Shown: in pieces, positions 47,717 through 56,659 of the stretch | How the letters are laid out: each line of letters begins with the position of its first letter | How positions within the stretch are numbered: position 1 is the stretch's first letter | NCBI GenBank assembly: GCA_944381175.1 | Contig: CALWKD010000004.1 | Location: 76,939 to 140,938, forward strand | Reading direction: 5' to 3' | Length of the DNA: 64,000 bases | Source: an uncultured Clostridia bacterium | GTDB taxonomy: Bacteria > Bacillota > Clostridia > Christensenellales > UBA1242 | Notes under the pieces: generated by a model | What the model was told of the DNA's origin: nothing | The model's database searches: none | What the model saw: the letters and a program-made list of their open reading frames with translations, nothing else | Made by a program: the position numbers and the translations under genes

Positions 47717-50116
47717 ATGAGAAAAAGCATCAAAAAGGTTGTGTGTGCGGGCGTTGTTTTTGCTGTCATATCCATCTTTGCTGGTCTTGGTGGATTTTGT
47801 TTTTCTTCGCAAAATGTTGTGGAAGCGGCGACAACTTATGCAAACACCTATGAGATTGGAGACAAAGGAACTCTTCAAAACAGAATAATAAACTATGGAA
47901 ACACGAGTTCCACCTCAAACTTTGTCTTGACGAGCGATATTGATATGAGCGGAATCACGCTCAATTCGACTCTTGGCACGGAGGAATTTCCTTTTCAGGG
48001 GACTTTCGATGGACAGGGGCACACCATATCAAATTTGACGATTGACCTTTCTCAGACGCTTCAGGGCACTCCTGTCACGGCGTCAAACAAATATGCTGGG
48101 CTCTTTGGAATTACGAATGGTGCAACCATAAAAAATGTCGCACTTTCTGGCACAATCACAATCATTTTGGGCGATTGCACAACTGCTTATGTTGGTTCTT
48201 TGGTCGCAAATGCACAAAACACGACCATACAATATGTTCAAAACTCTGCAAGAATGGTCATCAAGCAAAGCCCAAGTGATGTGACACAAACCTCTTTTGA
48301 CAACACTTTGATTCTTGGCGGGCTTGTCGGAATTTCAAATTCTTCAAGCATTTCGTATGTCATAAACAGGCAAACTGACATTGGCTCATTCAGTTTCAAC
48401 GACAACAAAGGAAGAATTTCTTCTATCGGGGGTGTCGTTGGGCAACTTCTGAACAGCAGCCTTGTCTTTGGTGTGTCAAGGGCAAACTTGAATGTGACTG
48501 TTGGGGAAAGTTATGCTGGGACTTTGAATATAGGGGGAGTCTTTGGCTCAGTTTCTGGCTCAAAAGTTTTCCAAAGAGTTGGGGTTGCTGTTGCGGATAT
48601 GATTGTTGAGAACACTCTGAATGTGACAAACAATTCCTCAATCATCAATGCGACGGTCAATGTTGGGCAGGTCGGTGGTGTGATTTCAAGTCCATATCCG
48701 ACGACGCTTGGACTTTCTTCCATTTATTATCGCACAAATTCAACTCATTCCGCTTTTGGAGAGACAAACACCTACACTTTCTCAAATTCAGCGACGCTTG
48801 ACGGAATTATTCATACCGACACGCAGTTTACAAGTGAAGCGGTTGTGAACGATTCCAGCAAAAACTGGCACTCTTCCTTTGGGCTTTGGGATTTTGACAC
48901 GGTTTGGTATTTCAACGGCTCAACTATTTATTTGCAGAGTTTTTATGGCGGTTTTAACATTCAACTTGCCTCCGATTTGCAAAACTCAACTATTTTTGAA
49001 GTTGAGGGAATTTCTGATGAGAACGGTTTGACAAGCACAAGATACAATTATCAATCGCAGGTGACGATTTCTTTCAGATTTAGGGATGGTATGGAAAAAT
49101 ATTACACCATAACTGGACTAAACCAAGGAAGCGTTGAAAACAAAGTGACCATTGACTACAACACCGAAACTGGACAATACACAAACACTTCCGACCCAGA
49201 AAATTATGCCATTTCTGAGGACGGCGGCGTGATTTCCGTCACTATTAAAAGCGTGAACAGGTCGACTGCTGGCACTTATGACATAAATTACAGGGCAAAC
49301 GAGTTCACTGTTGAGGTGACGACAAAATTGTTTGATTCGGAAAATCAACTTGAGGAAGGTGTTGTGCCTGGAGATATTTATTATGCTGGAGGAAACACTG
49401 CGCAAGTGCTTCCAGTCAGTGTTATGATGACTTACAACACCACAAGAACACTTGAGGTTAGACTCAGAAATGCAAACTCACCATACGCACTTCAGGGGTG
49501 GTATCTCGAAGTGGAAGACGGACAAGACAAACTTCTTTCTTCTGGAAGTTCCTTGGCAATAAGTTTTGGTTCAGGCGATTTTACGGACAACTGCAAGATT
49601 TATGCAAGATACCAAGATGACGCGTGTCGAATCAGTTTTGAAATTAAGGGCGACGGAATTTCCGAAATCTATATCGGAGACAACTTGGTGACCGAAAAGG
49701 TTGCGACAGTGCTCAAAACTGCAAGCAGGCTTAAACTTGAGATTTATGTCGAAGAGGGATACACTTTTGATGTCCAACGCTTTTTGGATATGATGGCAAC
49801 ATATCGTGGCGAAGATACCACAACTCCTTTCTGCACTTGGGAGAATGAGGCGAGTGGAGACGACAGATATTATCTTTTCTATCTTGATATGACCACTTTG
49901 AGAGGAGAATTCTCTGAGAGTTTCAGCGTCGAACTTGACACTGAAAAGACCGTCGCAGAGACAAACACTTGGATTTGGTATGTGGTCGGAGGTGTTGGAG
50001 GCGCTGTTGTGCTTGGCGTTGCGATATTCCTGATTGTCTTCTTTGTTAAACGCCGAGGCGGTGGTGGCGGAAATGTCGGAGGATATTCAAGAAAATCTTT
50101 CAGAGGATACTACTAA
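47717..50116 (+). CDS. GLUG-motif repeat surface protein with C-terminal TM anchor and Gly/Arg tail
   Basis: Signal peptide. FQGTFDGQGHTISNL. Repeated GLFG/GGLVG/GGVVG/GGVFG beta-helix-type GLUG units. TM WIWYVVGGVGGAVVLGVAIFLIVFFV + KRRGGGGGN. Confidence 0.7.
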   Translation: MRKSIKKVVCAGVVFAVISIFAGLGGFCFSSQNVVEAATTYANTYEIGDKGTLQNRIINYGNTSSTSNFVLTSDIDMSGITLNSTLGTEEFPFQGTFDGQGHTISNLTIDLSQTLQGTPVTASNKYAGLFGITNGATIKNVALSGTITIILGDCTTAYVGSLVANAQNTTIQYVQNSARMVIKQSPSDVTQTSFDNTLILGGLVGISNSSSISYVINRQTDIGSFSFNDNKGRISSIGGVVGQLLNSSLVFGVSRANLNVTVGESYAGTLNIGGVFGSVSGSKVFQRVGVAVADMIVENTLNVTNNSSIINATVNVGQVGGVISSPYPTTLGLSSIYYRTNSTHSAFGETNTYTFSNSATLDGIIHTDTQFTSEAVVNDSSKNWHSSFGLWDFDTVWYFNGSTIYLQSFYGGFNIQLASDLQNSTIFEVEGISDENGLTSTRYNYQSQVTISFRFRDGMEKYYTITGLNQGSVENKVTIDYNTETGQYTNTSDPENYAISEDGGVISVTIKSVNRSTAGTYDINYRANEFTVEVTTKLFDSENQLEEGVVPGDIYYAGGNTAQVLPVSVMMTYNTTRTLEVRLRNANSPYALQGWYLEVEDGQDKLLSSGSSLAISFGSGDFTDNCKIYARYQDDACRISFEIKGDGISEIYIGDNLVTEKVATVLKTASRLKLEIYVEEGYTFDVQRFLDMMATYRGEDTTTPFCTWENEASGDDRYYLFYLDMTTLRGEFSESFSVELDTEKTVAETNTWIWYVVGGVGGAVVLGVAIFLIVFFVKRRGGGGGNVGGYSRKSFRGYY

Positions 50117-50218
50117 AATAGGCTCTCCTTTCCAAAATTTCCAAAGTCTTGCTTTCAGATTTGACAAATCGACAGAGGTGTCAAAATGAACGAGGATAAG
50201 AAAAATAAATGAAAAAAA

Positions 50219-50255
50219 TAAAAGGACTTGAGTTTGCAAGCCCTTTTTTTTGTGA
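50219..50255. terminator. Bidirectional terminator between convergent genes
   Basis: AAAGGACTTG-AGTTTG-CAAGCCCTTTTTTTT. Confidence 0.6.
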
Positions 50256-50332
50256 ATTTTGAATTTTTTCGATTTGTAAAAGTCCGAAAAATTTTGGTTT
50301 TCGTTTTTTTTACGAGTGTTGAAGTCTGATTT

Positions 50333-51346
50333 TTAGAGAGCAAGCGCGAGTGAGTTGTCGACAACCTCTGCCCAATTTGACTTTTCTGTGATTACGCCAG
50401 CATTGAGCATAACATTCATAAGGTTTTCAAAACTCTCTTCTGTCAAAACCATATCACTTGACCAAGCATTTATGGCGATGTATTGCTCAACTGCGACCTC
50501 AAGTTCCTCAATTGTGTTTCCTGTGAATGATGGCAAAAGTGCCTCTGCAACAGTTGTGGAATCGTTTTCGATGATAAACTCATATCCTTTGTGCACCGCT
50601 TTCAAAAACCTCTCGGCTTGTTCCTTGTGGTCTTTGAGATAACTTTCCTTTGTTGCAAAACAGGTGTATGGAATGCTGCCTGAAAGTTCTCCAAGGCTCG
50701 CAACGATGTGACCTTTTCCCTCTTTGACGATGTTTGTGGCTGTTGGCTCAAACAAGGTGCAGTATTCGATTGACGAATCTGCGTCCCACACGCTTGCGGT
50801 GAGGTTGAAAGCGACGTCGGTGCGAAGGTTGATTTCGTCAGCGCCCTCTCCGATTGTGTAACCATTTTTCTCAATGATATACTCCAAAGTCATCGCTGGA
50901 AGTCCGCCTTGTCTTCCGCCAATAATGGTCTCTCCGACCAAGTCTGCCAAGGTGAAATCGTTGTGTTCCGATTTTGAAACGATAAACGACCCGTCACATT
51001 TGGTGAGTTGCCCAAACACAACTGGTGCGTCTTGGATGTCCTCTTGGTTTGTGTAAACCACTGTCTCTGGCCCTGCGAGAATGATGTCTGCTGAGCCTGA
51101 AAGAAGCGAACTCATCGACACATCAGAGCCTCCACCATTTGTCAGGTTTACAGTCAGCCCTTCATCTTCAAAAAATCCCTCATTTATTGCGACATAAAGT
51201 GGGGCATAGAAGATGCTATGTGTAACTTCGTTCAATTCTATGGTGTTGTAATCTTTCTTTTTCCCGCAACCTACAGCCAAGACGGAAGTTGTGACAATCA
51301 AAAGACACATCACGCACAAAATGCTTATCTTTTTAAAAAGTTTCAT
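50333..51346 (-). CDS. ABC-transporter substrate-binding lipoprotein (NMT1/THI5, NitT/TauT-like), orphan
   Basis: Lipobox LAVGC. HSIFYAPLYVAINEGFFEDEGL. No permease or ATPase genes adjacent. Confidence 0.8.
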   Translation of the reverse strand: MKLFKKISILCVMCLLIVTTSVLAVGCGKKKDYNTIELNEVTHSIFYAPLYVAINEGFFEDEGLTVNLTNGGGSDVSMSSLLSGSADIILAGPETVVYTNQEDIQDAPVVFGQLTKCDGSFIVSKSEHNDFTLADLVGETIIGGRQGGLPAMTLEYIIEKNGYTIGEGADEINLRTDVAFNLTASVWDADSSIEYCTLFEPTATNIVKEGKGHIVASLGELSGSIPYTCFATKESYLKDHKEQAERFLKAVHKGYEFIIENDSTTVAEALLPSFTGNTIEELEVAVEQYIAINAWSSDMVLTEESFENLMNVMLNAGVITEKSNWAEVVDNSLALAL

Positions 51347-51432
51347 TTTTCCTCCTCATAAAAAATCTTATGATTTGGGAAAGGTTTTTGTTCTCTGAGA
51401 CAAGGATTATTTCGTTTAATATCTCAAATTGT

Positions 51433-51462
51433 TTGGCAATGTCGGTGGAAATATTGTAAAAT
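51433..51462 (+). promoter_or_regulatory. Promoter of valS
   Basis: TTGGCA, 18 nt (including an extended TG), TAAAAT. Confidence 0.55.
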
Positions 51463-51483
51463 AGCACATAAGTGGAGATTATT

Positions 51484-54078
51484 ATGGAAAAAAGTTACGA
51501 ACCTCAAAAATTTGAAAGCAAAATTTATCAAACTTGGTTGGAAAAGAAATATTTTTCTGCAAAACCAAACAAAAATAAGAAAAAGTTTAGCATTTGTATG
51601 CCACCACCAAATGTGACTGGGAAGGCACACGTTGGGCACGCTTTAAACAACACCATTCAGGATATTGTGGTGAGGTTTAAGAGGATGAAGGGGTTTGAGA
51701 CTCTTTGGACTCCAGGCACTGACCACGCCGCAATCGCAACAGAAGCAAAAGTTGTGAATGCTCTTGAAGCGGAAGGTTTGACAAAGGAACAAGTCGGCAG
51801 GGAGGCGTTTATCAAGAGAGGTTGGCAGTGGTACAAACTCTATGGCGACACCATTTGTGACCAACTCAAGACCCTTGGAATCTCTTGCGATTGGGACAGA
51901 AAAGCATTTACTATGGACGAAAACCTGAACCGTGCTGTCAGACACGCATTTGTTGAGTATTACAAAAAAGGTTATATCTACAAAGGCAAGAGGGTGATAA
52001 ATTATTGTCCGCACTGCAAGAGTTCCATTTCCGATATTGAAAACGAATACAAGGAGCAGACGACAAAACTTTGGCACATTCGTTATCCTTTTGAGCAGGG
52101 TGAGGGTGGAATTGTCGTTGCGACAACGAGACCTGAGACGATGTTTGGAGACACCGCTGTCGCTGTCAATCCAAGAGACAAGCGTTATAAGGATTTGATT
52201 GGCAAAAATGTCATTTTGCCTATCGTGAACAAACCAATTCCAATTGTTGCCGACGAGTATTGCGAGATGGAGTTTGGAACTGGGGCTGTGAAGATTACGC
52301 CAGCACACGACCCAAACGACTATGATTTGGGGCTTCGTCACAATCTTCCAATGGTCACTGTCATTGACGATGACGGAAAACTCAACGAAAACGCAGGGAA
52401 ATTTGCAGGACTTGACAGAATTGAGGCAAGAGGTCCAATTGAGGAAGAACTTAAAAAACTTGGCGTGCTTGTAAAGACCGAGACTTACAAAAACAAGGTG
52501 GGATGTTGTTGCCGTTGCGGAACGATGACTGAGCCAAAAGTTTCGGAGCAGTGGTGGGTCAAGATGAGCGAACTTGCAAAACCTGCCATTGAGGCAGTCA
52601 GGACAGGAGAACTTAAATTTGTTCCAAAGCGTTATGAAAAGCAATACCTAAATTGGCTTTGCAACATTCAAGATTGGTGCATTTCAAGACAGTTGTGGCT
52701 TGGGCACAGAATCCCAGTTTTCACCTGCGAAGATTGTGGTTTTGTCGATGCTTGCGAAGAGGATATGAAAGTTTGTCCAAAGTGTGGAAGCAAGAAAATT
52801 TCGCAAGATCCAGATGTTTTGGACACTTGGTTCTCTTCTGCACTTTGGCCTTTCTCGACGCTTGGCTGGCCAGAGAAAAATGAGTATTATGACTATTTCT
52901 ATCCGACTGATGTGCTTATAACTGCTTATGATATAATAACTTTCTGGGTTGTTAGAATGGTATTCAGCGGTCTGTTCTTCACGAAAAAACTTCCTTTCAA
53001 AGAGGTTGTGATAAACGGAATTGTCCGTGACATCCAAGGTCGCAAGATGTCAAAAAATCTCGGAAATGGCATTGACCCGATTGATGTTATAAATGAATTT
53101 GGTGCTGACAGTTTGAGACTTTCGCTTGTAAACGGAACTTCAATGGGTATGGATATTGGTTATTCAAAGGACAAGGCGAAAGAGAGCAAAATTTTCATCA
53201 ACAAACTCTACAACGCGAGCAAATTCGTTATCTCAAACACTGAGAATATCAAAATTAGACCGATTTCTGATTTCAAATTGGACGAAAAAGACAAGTGGAT
53301 TTTGTCAAAATTGCAGGCACTGGTCAAGTCGACAAACAAGAATATGGAAAAATATGCTTTGGGTGTTGCATCTGCAAACTTGATTGAGTTTACGGTTTCT
53401 TCTTTCTGCGATTGGTATATTGAGGTCAGCAAACTTGATTTGTATGGAGACAACGCGGAGAACAAGGAAAAGATACAAAACATTTTGCTCTATGTTTTGA
53501 CAACTCTTTTGAAACTCTTCCATCCATATATTCCGTTTGTCACAGAGGAGATTTATCAAAATCTTGCAGGACACGAAGAGACGATTATGCTCTCAAAATT
53601 CCCTCAGGAAGACGCAAAATTGGCGTTTAAAGATTTGAAATTTGAGGGAATTATTTCGGTGATTAAGGCGATTCGTGCGACAAGAAGCGAGTATAACATC
53701 CCAGACAACAAAAAGGTTTCAATAAACATTCTTCCGCTTGCTGAAGAAAAACTTTTCAAAGAAAATTTGAATATCATTTGCAAACTTGCAGGTGGAAGTC
53801 AAATTCAAATTTTGAAAACTGAACCAACCGAAAAATCGGCAAAAATTGTCACATCAATTTGCAATGTTTTCTTGCCTATGGGCGATTTGGTCGATGAAGA
53901 GCAGGAGCACGAAAGAATCGCAAAGAAGATTGAAGAACTTAAGTTTGAAATCGAAAGAAGTGAAAAAATGCTTGCAAATTCTGGTTTTGTTGCAAAAGCA
54001 CCAAAAGCGCTTGTTGAGGCGGAGAAGGAAAAGCTCAAAAAAAACAGAGAGTTTCTTGAAAAACTTCAAAATCAATAA
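51484..54078 (+). CDS. valS: Valine--tRNA ligase
   Basis: PPPNVTGKAHVGHA (HIGH). KMSKNLGN (KMSKS). CP1 editing domain. C-terminal coiled coil. Confidence 0.97.
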   Translation: MEKSYEPQKFESKIYQTWLEKKYFSAKPNKNKKKFSICMPPPNVTGKAHVGHALNNTIQDIVVRFKRMKGFETLWTPGTDHAAIATEAKVVNALEAEGLTKEQVGREAFIKRGWQWYKLYGDTICDQLKTLGISCDWDRKAFTMDENLNRAVRHAFVEYYKKGYIYKGKRVINYCPHCKSSISDIENEYKEQTTKLWHIRYPFEQGEGGIVVATTRPETMFGDTAVAVNPRDKRYKDLIGKNVILPIVNKPIPIVADEYCEMEFGTGAVKITPAHDPNDYDLGLRHNLPMVTVIDDDGKLNENAGKFAGLDRIEARGPIEEELKKLGVLVKTETYKNKVGCCCRCGTMTEPKVSEQWWVKMSELAKPAIEAVRTGELKFVPKRYEKQYLNWLCNIQDWCISRQLWLGHRIPVFTCEDCGFVDACEEDMKVCPKCGSKKISQDPDVLDTWFSSALWPFSTLGWPEKNEYYDYFYPTDVLITAYDIITFWVVRMVFSGLFFTKKLPFKEVVINGIVRDIQGRKMSKNLGNGIDPIDVINEFGADSLRLSLVNGTSMGMDIGYSKDKAKESKIFINKLYNASKFVISNTENIKIRPISDFKLDEKDKWILSKLQALVKSTNKNMEKYALGVASANLIEFTVSSFCDWYIEVSKLDLYGDNAENKEKIQNILLYVLTTLLKLFHPYIPFVTEEIYQNLAGHEETIMLSKFPQEDAKLAFKDLKFEGIISVIKAIRATRSEYNIPDNKKVSINILPLAEEKLFKENLNIICKLAGGSQIQILKTEPTEKSAKIVTSICNVFLPMGDLVDEEQEHERIAKKIEELKFEIERSEKMLANSGFVAKAPKALVEAEKEKLKKNREFLEKLQNQ

Positions 54079-54082
54079 TAAA

Positions 54083-54115
54083 AAAGTGTGGAACAAAAAA
54101 CCGCACTTTTTCTTT
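54083..54115 (+). terminator. Rho-independent terminator after valS
   Basis: AAAGTGTGG-loop-CCGCACTTT + T-run. Confidence 0.7.
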
Positions 54116-54172
54116 TATATTCGACAAATTTCTTTTTCAATTTTTAGCGAGGCTTGGCATATAATGATTTTT

Positions 54173-54454
54173 ATGAGCAGAAAAGATTATTTATTTTTCA
54201 GTGGAATGGGATGTTTCTACAAGCAAAAAGGTGAGGTTGCAGAAAAGGCAAAAAAATTTGAGGAGGCAGGACTCACTTTTTCTTCGGCGTCGGAGTTTTT
54301 TGGGAGGGCGATTGAAGTTGCAAAGTGTGACGGAATTGCTGATTATGGAAAAAATCTTTCCAATATGAGTTATTGCAAAAATAAGGCGGAGCAAATGCAA
54401 GACTTGGTGAGAGACCAGAAAAATTCACTTGCTTTTGTAAGAAGCGCTAGGTAA
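54173..54454 (+). CDS. Hypothetical small helical protein (93 aa)
   Basis: Distal part of track ORF 53846-54454. TATAAT at 54160-54165 lies 8 nt before ATG 54173, so the mRNA is possibly leaderless. I recognise no motif. Confidence 0.4.
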   Translation: MSRKDYLFFSGMGCFYKQKGEVAEKAKKFEEAGLTFSSASEFFGRAIEVAKCDGIADYGKNLSNMSYCKNKAEQMQDLVRDQKNSLAFVRSAR

Positions 54455-54605
54455 GTGACCTGGTCGCATATCGCGTTTGGTGATGGGATAAATTTTATTG
54501 GAATTGAAGAAATCACGGTTTTTTATCTAAGAAATCTTGCGAAAAATGTCGAAATTTGCAGTTTTTGTTATTGAAATTTGGTTTATGATGTGATACAATT
54601 TGAAT

Positions 54606-55217
54606 ATGGAAATGAATTCTGGAAACTCTCTAAACTTTAAAAAGGTTTGTTTGAAAAATGGGAAGGTTGTCAAACTTTGTTGCACTTCTGTTGCATCTGA
54701 TTGCATTATTTTGGCGTATAATGAGGACAAACAAGTCGGAAAGTGCAGTTTCTCTTTCAGCGAAGCATCAATGAGAAAATGGAGCAAGCGTGAGGTTTTG
54801 CAATATTCCAAGCAAAAAGGCAGAAGGGACTTGAAAGAGATTTATGAGGTCAACAGAGTTTATAAGAATGGTTGGGAATATAGGCGTTTGTTTGATGAAG
54901 AACCAGCCGAAGGGTTTCACAAAGACTTGCAAAAAGAGTGCACAATAAACCTCATACAAGTCGAGAGTTGGGACTTTTACAAGGTGGGGCTTGGCTCGGC
55001 GATGTTTACTGAGATGCAAAATATGGCCATTGATGAGGGGTGCAAGCGAATCACCGCTTGGTATTGTCCAGTGGGGCAGTTTGCAGACGGTGCACAAAGT
55101 TTTTACATAAGAAATGGCTTTACATTCAAAAAGGATAAGTCTGGTTTCAATATCACAGCGATAAAAGAATTGCCGAAGGGAAAGGGCAAAAAAGTTGACT
55201 CAAAAGGAAAGGAGTAA
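54606..55217 (+). CDS. GNAT-like N-acetyltransferase
   Basis: YKVGLGSAMFTEMQNMAIDEGCKRI...FYIRNGFTF (motif A/B-like). Confidence 0.6.
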   Translation: MEMNSGNSLNFKKVCLKNGKVVKLCCTSVASDCIILAYNEDKQVGKCSFSFSEASMRKWSKREVLQYSKQKGRRDLKEIYEVNRVYKNGWEYRRLFDEEPAEGFHKDLQKECTINLIQVESWDFYKVGLGSAMFTEMQNMAIDEGCKRITAWYCPVGQFADGAQSFYIRNGFTFKKDKSGFNITAIKELPKGKGKKVDSKGKE

Positions 55218-55250
55218 GGCTCTTAATTTTCTAAATAAGGGCAAAAAAGG

Positions 55251-55283
55251 TTGTGGAAAAAGAAATAAATTCCACAATTTTTT
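55251..55283 (+). terminator. Rho-independent terminator
   Basis: TTGTGGAA-loop-TTCCACAA + T6. Confidence 0.7.
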
Positions 55284-55286
55284 ATC

Positions 55287-55871
55287 TCAAAGATAATTCA
55301 AAAGAAAAAATAAAAGTGAAGAGATAAAAAATAAGAGTACAAACAAAAAATAGAAATAAAATTTAATTTTTCTCAGGGGATATTAGGTGCTGGATTTTGC
55401 AGTATTTATAGATTTTATTAACATTGCTTTTATTTCTTCACATTCTTTAATTAATGTATCCACATTTTCAATATTATAACCAACCTTATCAATTAATTTC
55501 AACCAATATAAACTTTCTGAACATTCTTTCAAAGCAATATGAAGTTTAGAAATGAAGTCCGCTTTTGAATTTCCAAAGGTTGCCTCGTTGAGATTTGCCC
55601 CTATGCTTGTTGCAGAACGAATTAGTTGTTTTGCGATTGTGTTATCTTTTTTAAGAAGTAAAAAATTTTCATAAAACTTGACAATGTCCGCAGCAAATTG
55701 CAAGGTTTTATCGTGTAATATGCTCTTCTTCATAAATACTCTCCTAATAGATATTATTATAATAACAAACACTCCACAACTTTTCTTTCTTATTTCTTCT
55801 TTTTTATTTCAAAAATAATCCAAAAGAAAAAATAAAAGTGAAGAGATAAAAAATAAGAGTACAAACAAAAA
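55287..55871. repeat. Direct repeat pair flanking the four-helix-bundle gene (51-nt perfect core at 55299-55349 and 55821-55871, imperfect 12-nt extension)
   Basis: caaaagaaaaaataaaagtgaagagataaaaaataagagtacaaacaaaaa occurs twice, 522 bp apart. Confidence 0.95.
55383..55733 (-). CDS. Four-helix-bundle protein (23S rRNA intervening-sequence protein family)
   Basis: LQFAADIVKF...AKQLIRSATSIGANLNEA...DFISKLHIALKECSESLYWLKL. RBS AGGAGAG. TATAAT promoter inside the unique segment. Confidence 0.85.
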   Translation of the reverse strand: MKKSILHDKTLQFAADIVKFYENFLLLKKDNTIAKQLIRSATSIGANLNEATFGNSKADFISKLHIALKECSESLYWLKLIDKVGYNIENVDTLIKECEEIKAMLIKSINTAKSST

Positions 55872-55906
55872 TAATCCACCCCTTGCAGGAATGGATTATT
55901 TTTGTC

Positions 55907-55988
55907 TGGTGCGGATGAGAGGGGTCGAACCTCCACGGTTTCCCACTTGCCCCTTAAACAAGCGCGTCTGCCATTCCGCCACATCCGC
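55907..55988 (-). tRNA. tRNA-Leu, type II, apparent anticodon AAG, CCA encoded
   Basis: Hand-folded. Acceptor GCGGATG/CATCCGC. D-stem GCG/CGC. Anticodon arm CTTGT-TTAAGGG-GCAAG (U33, G37). 11-nt variable arm. T-arm GGAGG-TTCGACC-CCTCT. Terminator hairpin at 55868-55904. Confidence 0.8.
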
Positions 55989-56110
55989 ATATCTAATTTT
56001 TAAAATCTTACATATTATACATTACTGTTTTTCTTTTGTCAACAATTTTACACAAAAAAACATTATTTTATTTTTACTAATAAAATATTATTGTTGAAAG
56101 GAGAACAAAA

Positions 56111-56557
56111 ATGGATTTTAACATCAGAAAAGCGGTTGAGATTGACAAAGATTTCATTGTTTATGCAAACAAGGAGATAGACGAAGAGTCATACATAGAA
56201 AAATCAATTCTTAAAGAAAACATAGAAAAAGACTTATTTCAAAATGAAAGATGTGTTTGTTTGATTGTTGATGCGGGCGAAAAACGGGCTGGAATGGCAC
56301 TTTTTTCAAAGGTCTATTGGGCTGACAGAGGCGAAGGGGTGTATATCTCGCAAATTTATGTCCAGCCAGAGTTCAGAAGGCAGGGGGTGATGAAGAGATT
56401 GTTGAAAGCAATTTTTGAATATTTCCCTGAGACCCATTTCGTGACCTGTCTTGTCTCACGAAAAAATGAAAAAATGCTATGTTGTATGAATAAAATGGGC
56501 TTTGACGACGAAAATATGGCGTCTTTTGCGATAAACAGAGAAGATTTTCCCTTTTAA
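56111..56557 (+). CDS. GNAT family N-acetyltransferase
   Basis: ISQIYVQPEFRRQGVMKRLLKAI (Q/RxxGxG/A-like motif A). 148 aa. RBS AAAGGAGAA. Confidence 0.8.
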   Translation: MDFNIRKAVEIDKDFIVYANKEIDEESYIEKSILKENIEKDLFQNERCVCLIVDAGEKRAGMALFSKVYWADRGEGVYISQIYVQPEFRRQGVMKRLLKAIFEYFPETHFVTCLVSRKNEKMLCCMNKMGFDDENMASFAINREDFPF

Positions 56558-56659
56558 ATTCTTCCCACTTTATGCTTGGCTTTGAGTTTCCACTTTAAGT
56601 ATATTTTTTATAATTATGATATTTATTATGTTGATTTTTTTGCAGTCTGGTGATATACT

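Noticed and set aside
46822-47775. 317-aa minus-strand ORF
   Set aside because: It is antisense to the motif-rich terminase gene. Shadow ORF.
44349-50116. Calling the region a prophage
   Set aside because: Only a TerL homologue and a possible late-regulator-like HTH are phage-like. No integrase, portal, capsid, tail, lysis genes or att repeats were seen.
50333-51346. Orphan substrate-binding lipoprotein as part of a novel transporter system
   Set aside because: No partner genes are in the window and the family is ordinary. Orphan binding proteins of this family are plausible, so this is not reported as a finding.
51347-51483. T-box leader for valS, or a TPP riboswitch for the divergent NMT1/THI5-type binding protein
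   Set aside because: Only about 137 nt are shared by two divergent promoters, which is too short. I could not find a T-box sequence, specifier-loop architecture or the CTGAGA...ACCTGATCTGGATAATGCCAGCG TPP core.
51643-52644. 333-aa minus-strand ORF (similar cases at 31748-32536 opposite smc and 20506-21057 opposite fhs)
   Set aside because: It is antisense to valS. Shadow ORF without start context.
53846-54172. 202-aa ORF overlapping the 3' end of valS
   Set aside because: The proximal part is an out-of-frame overlap with valS. Only the distal 93 codons after the valS terminator, with their own -10 element, were kept as a tentative gene.
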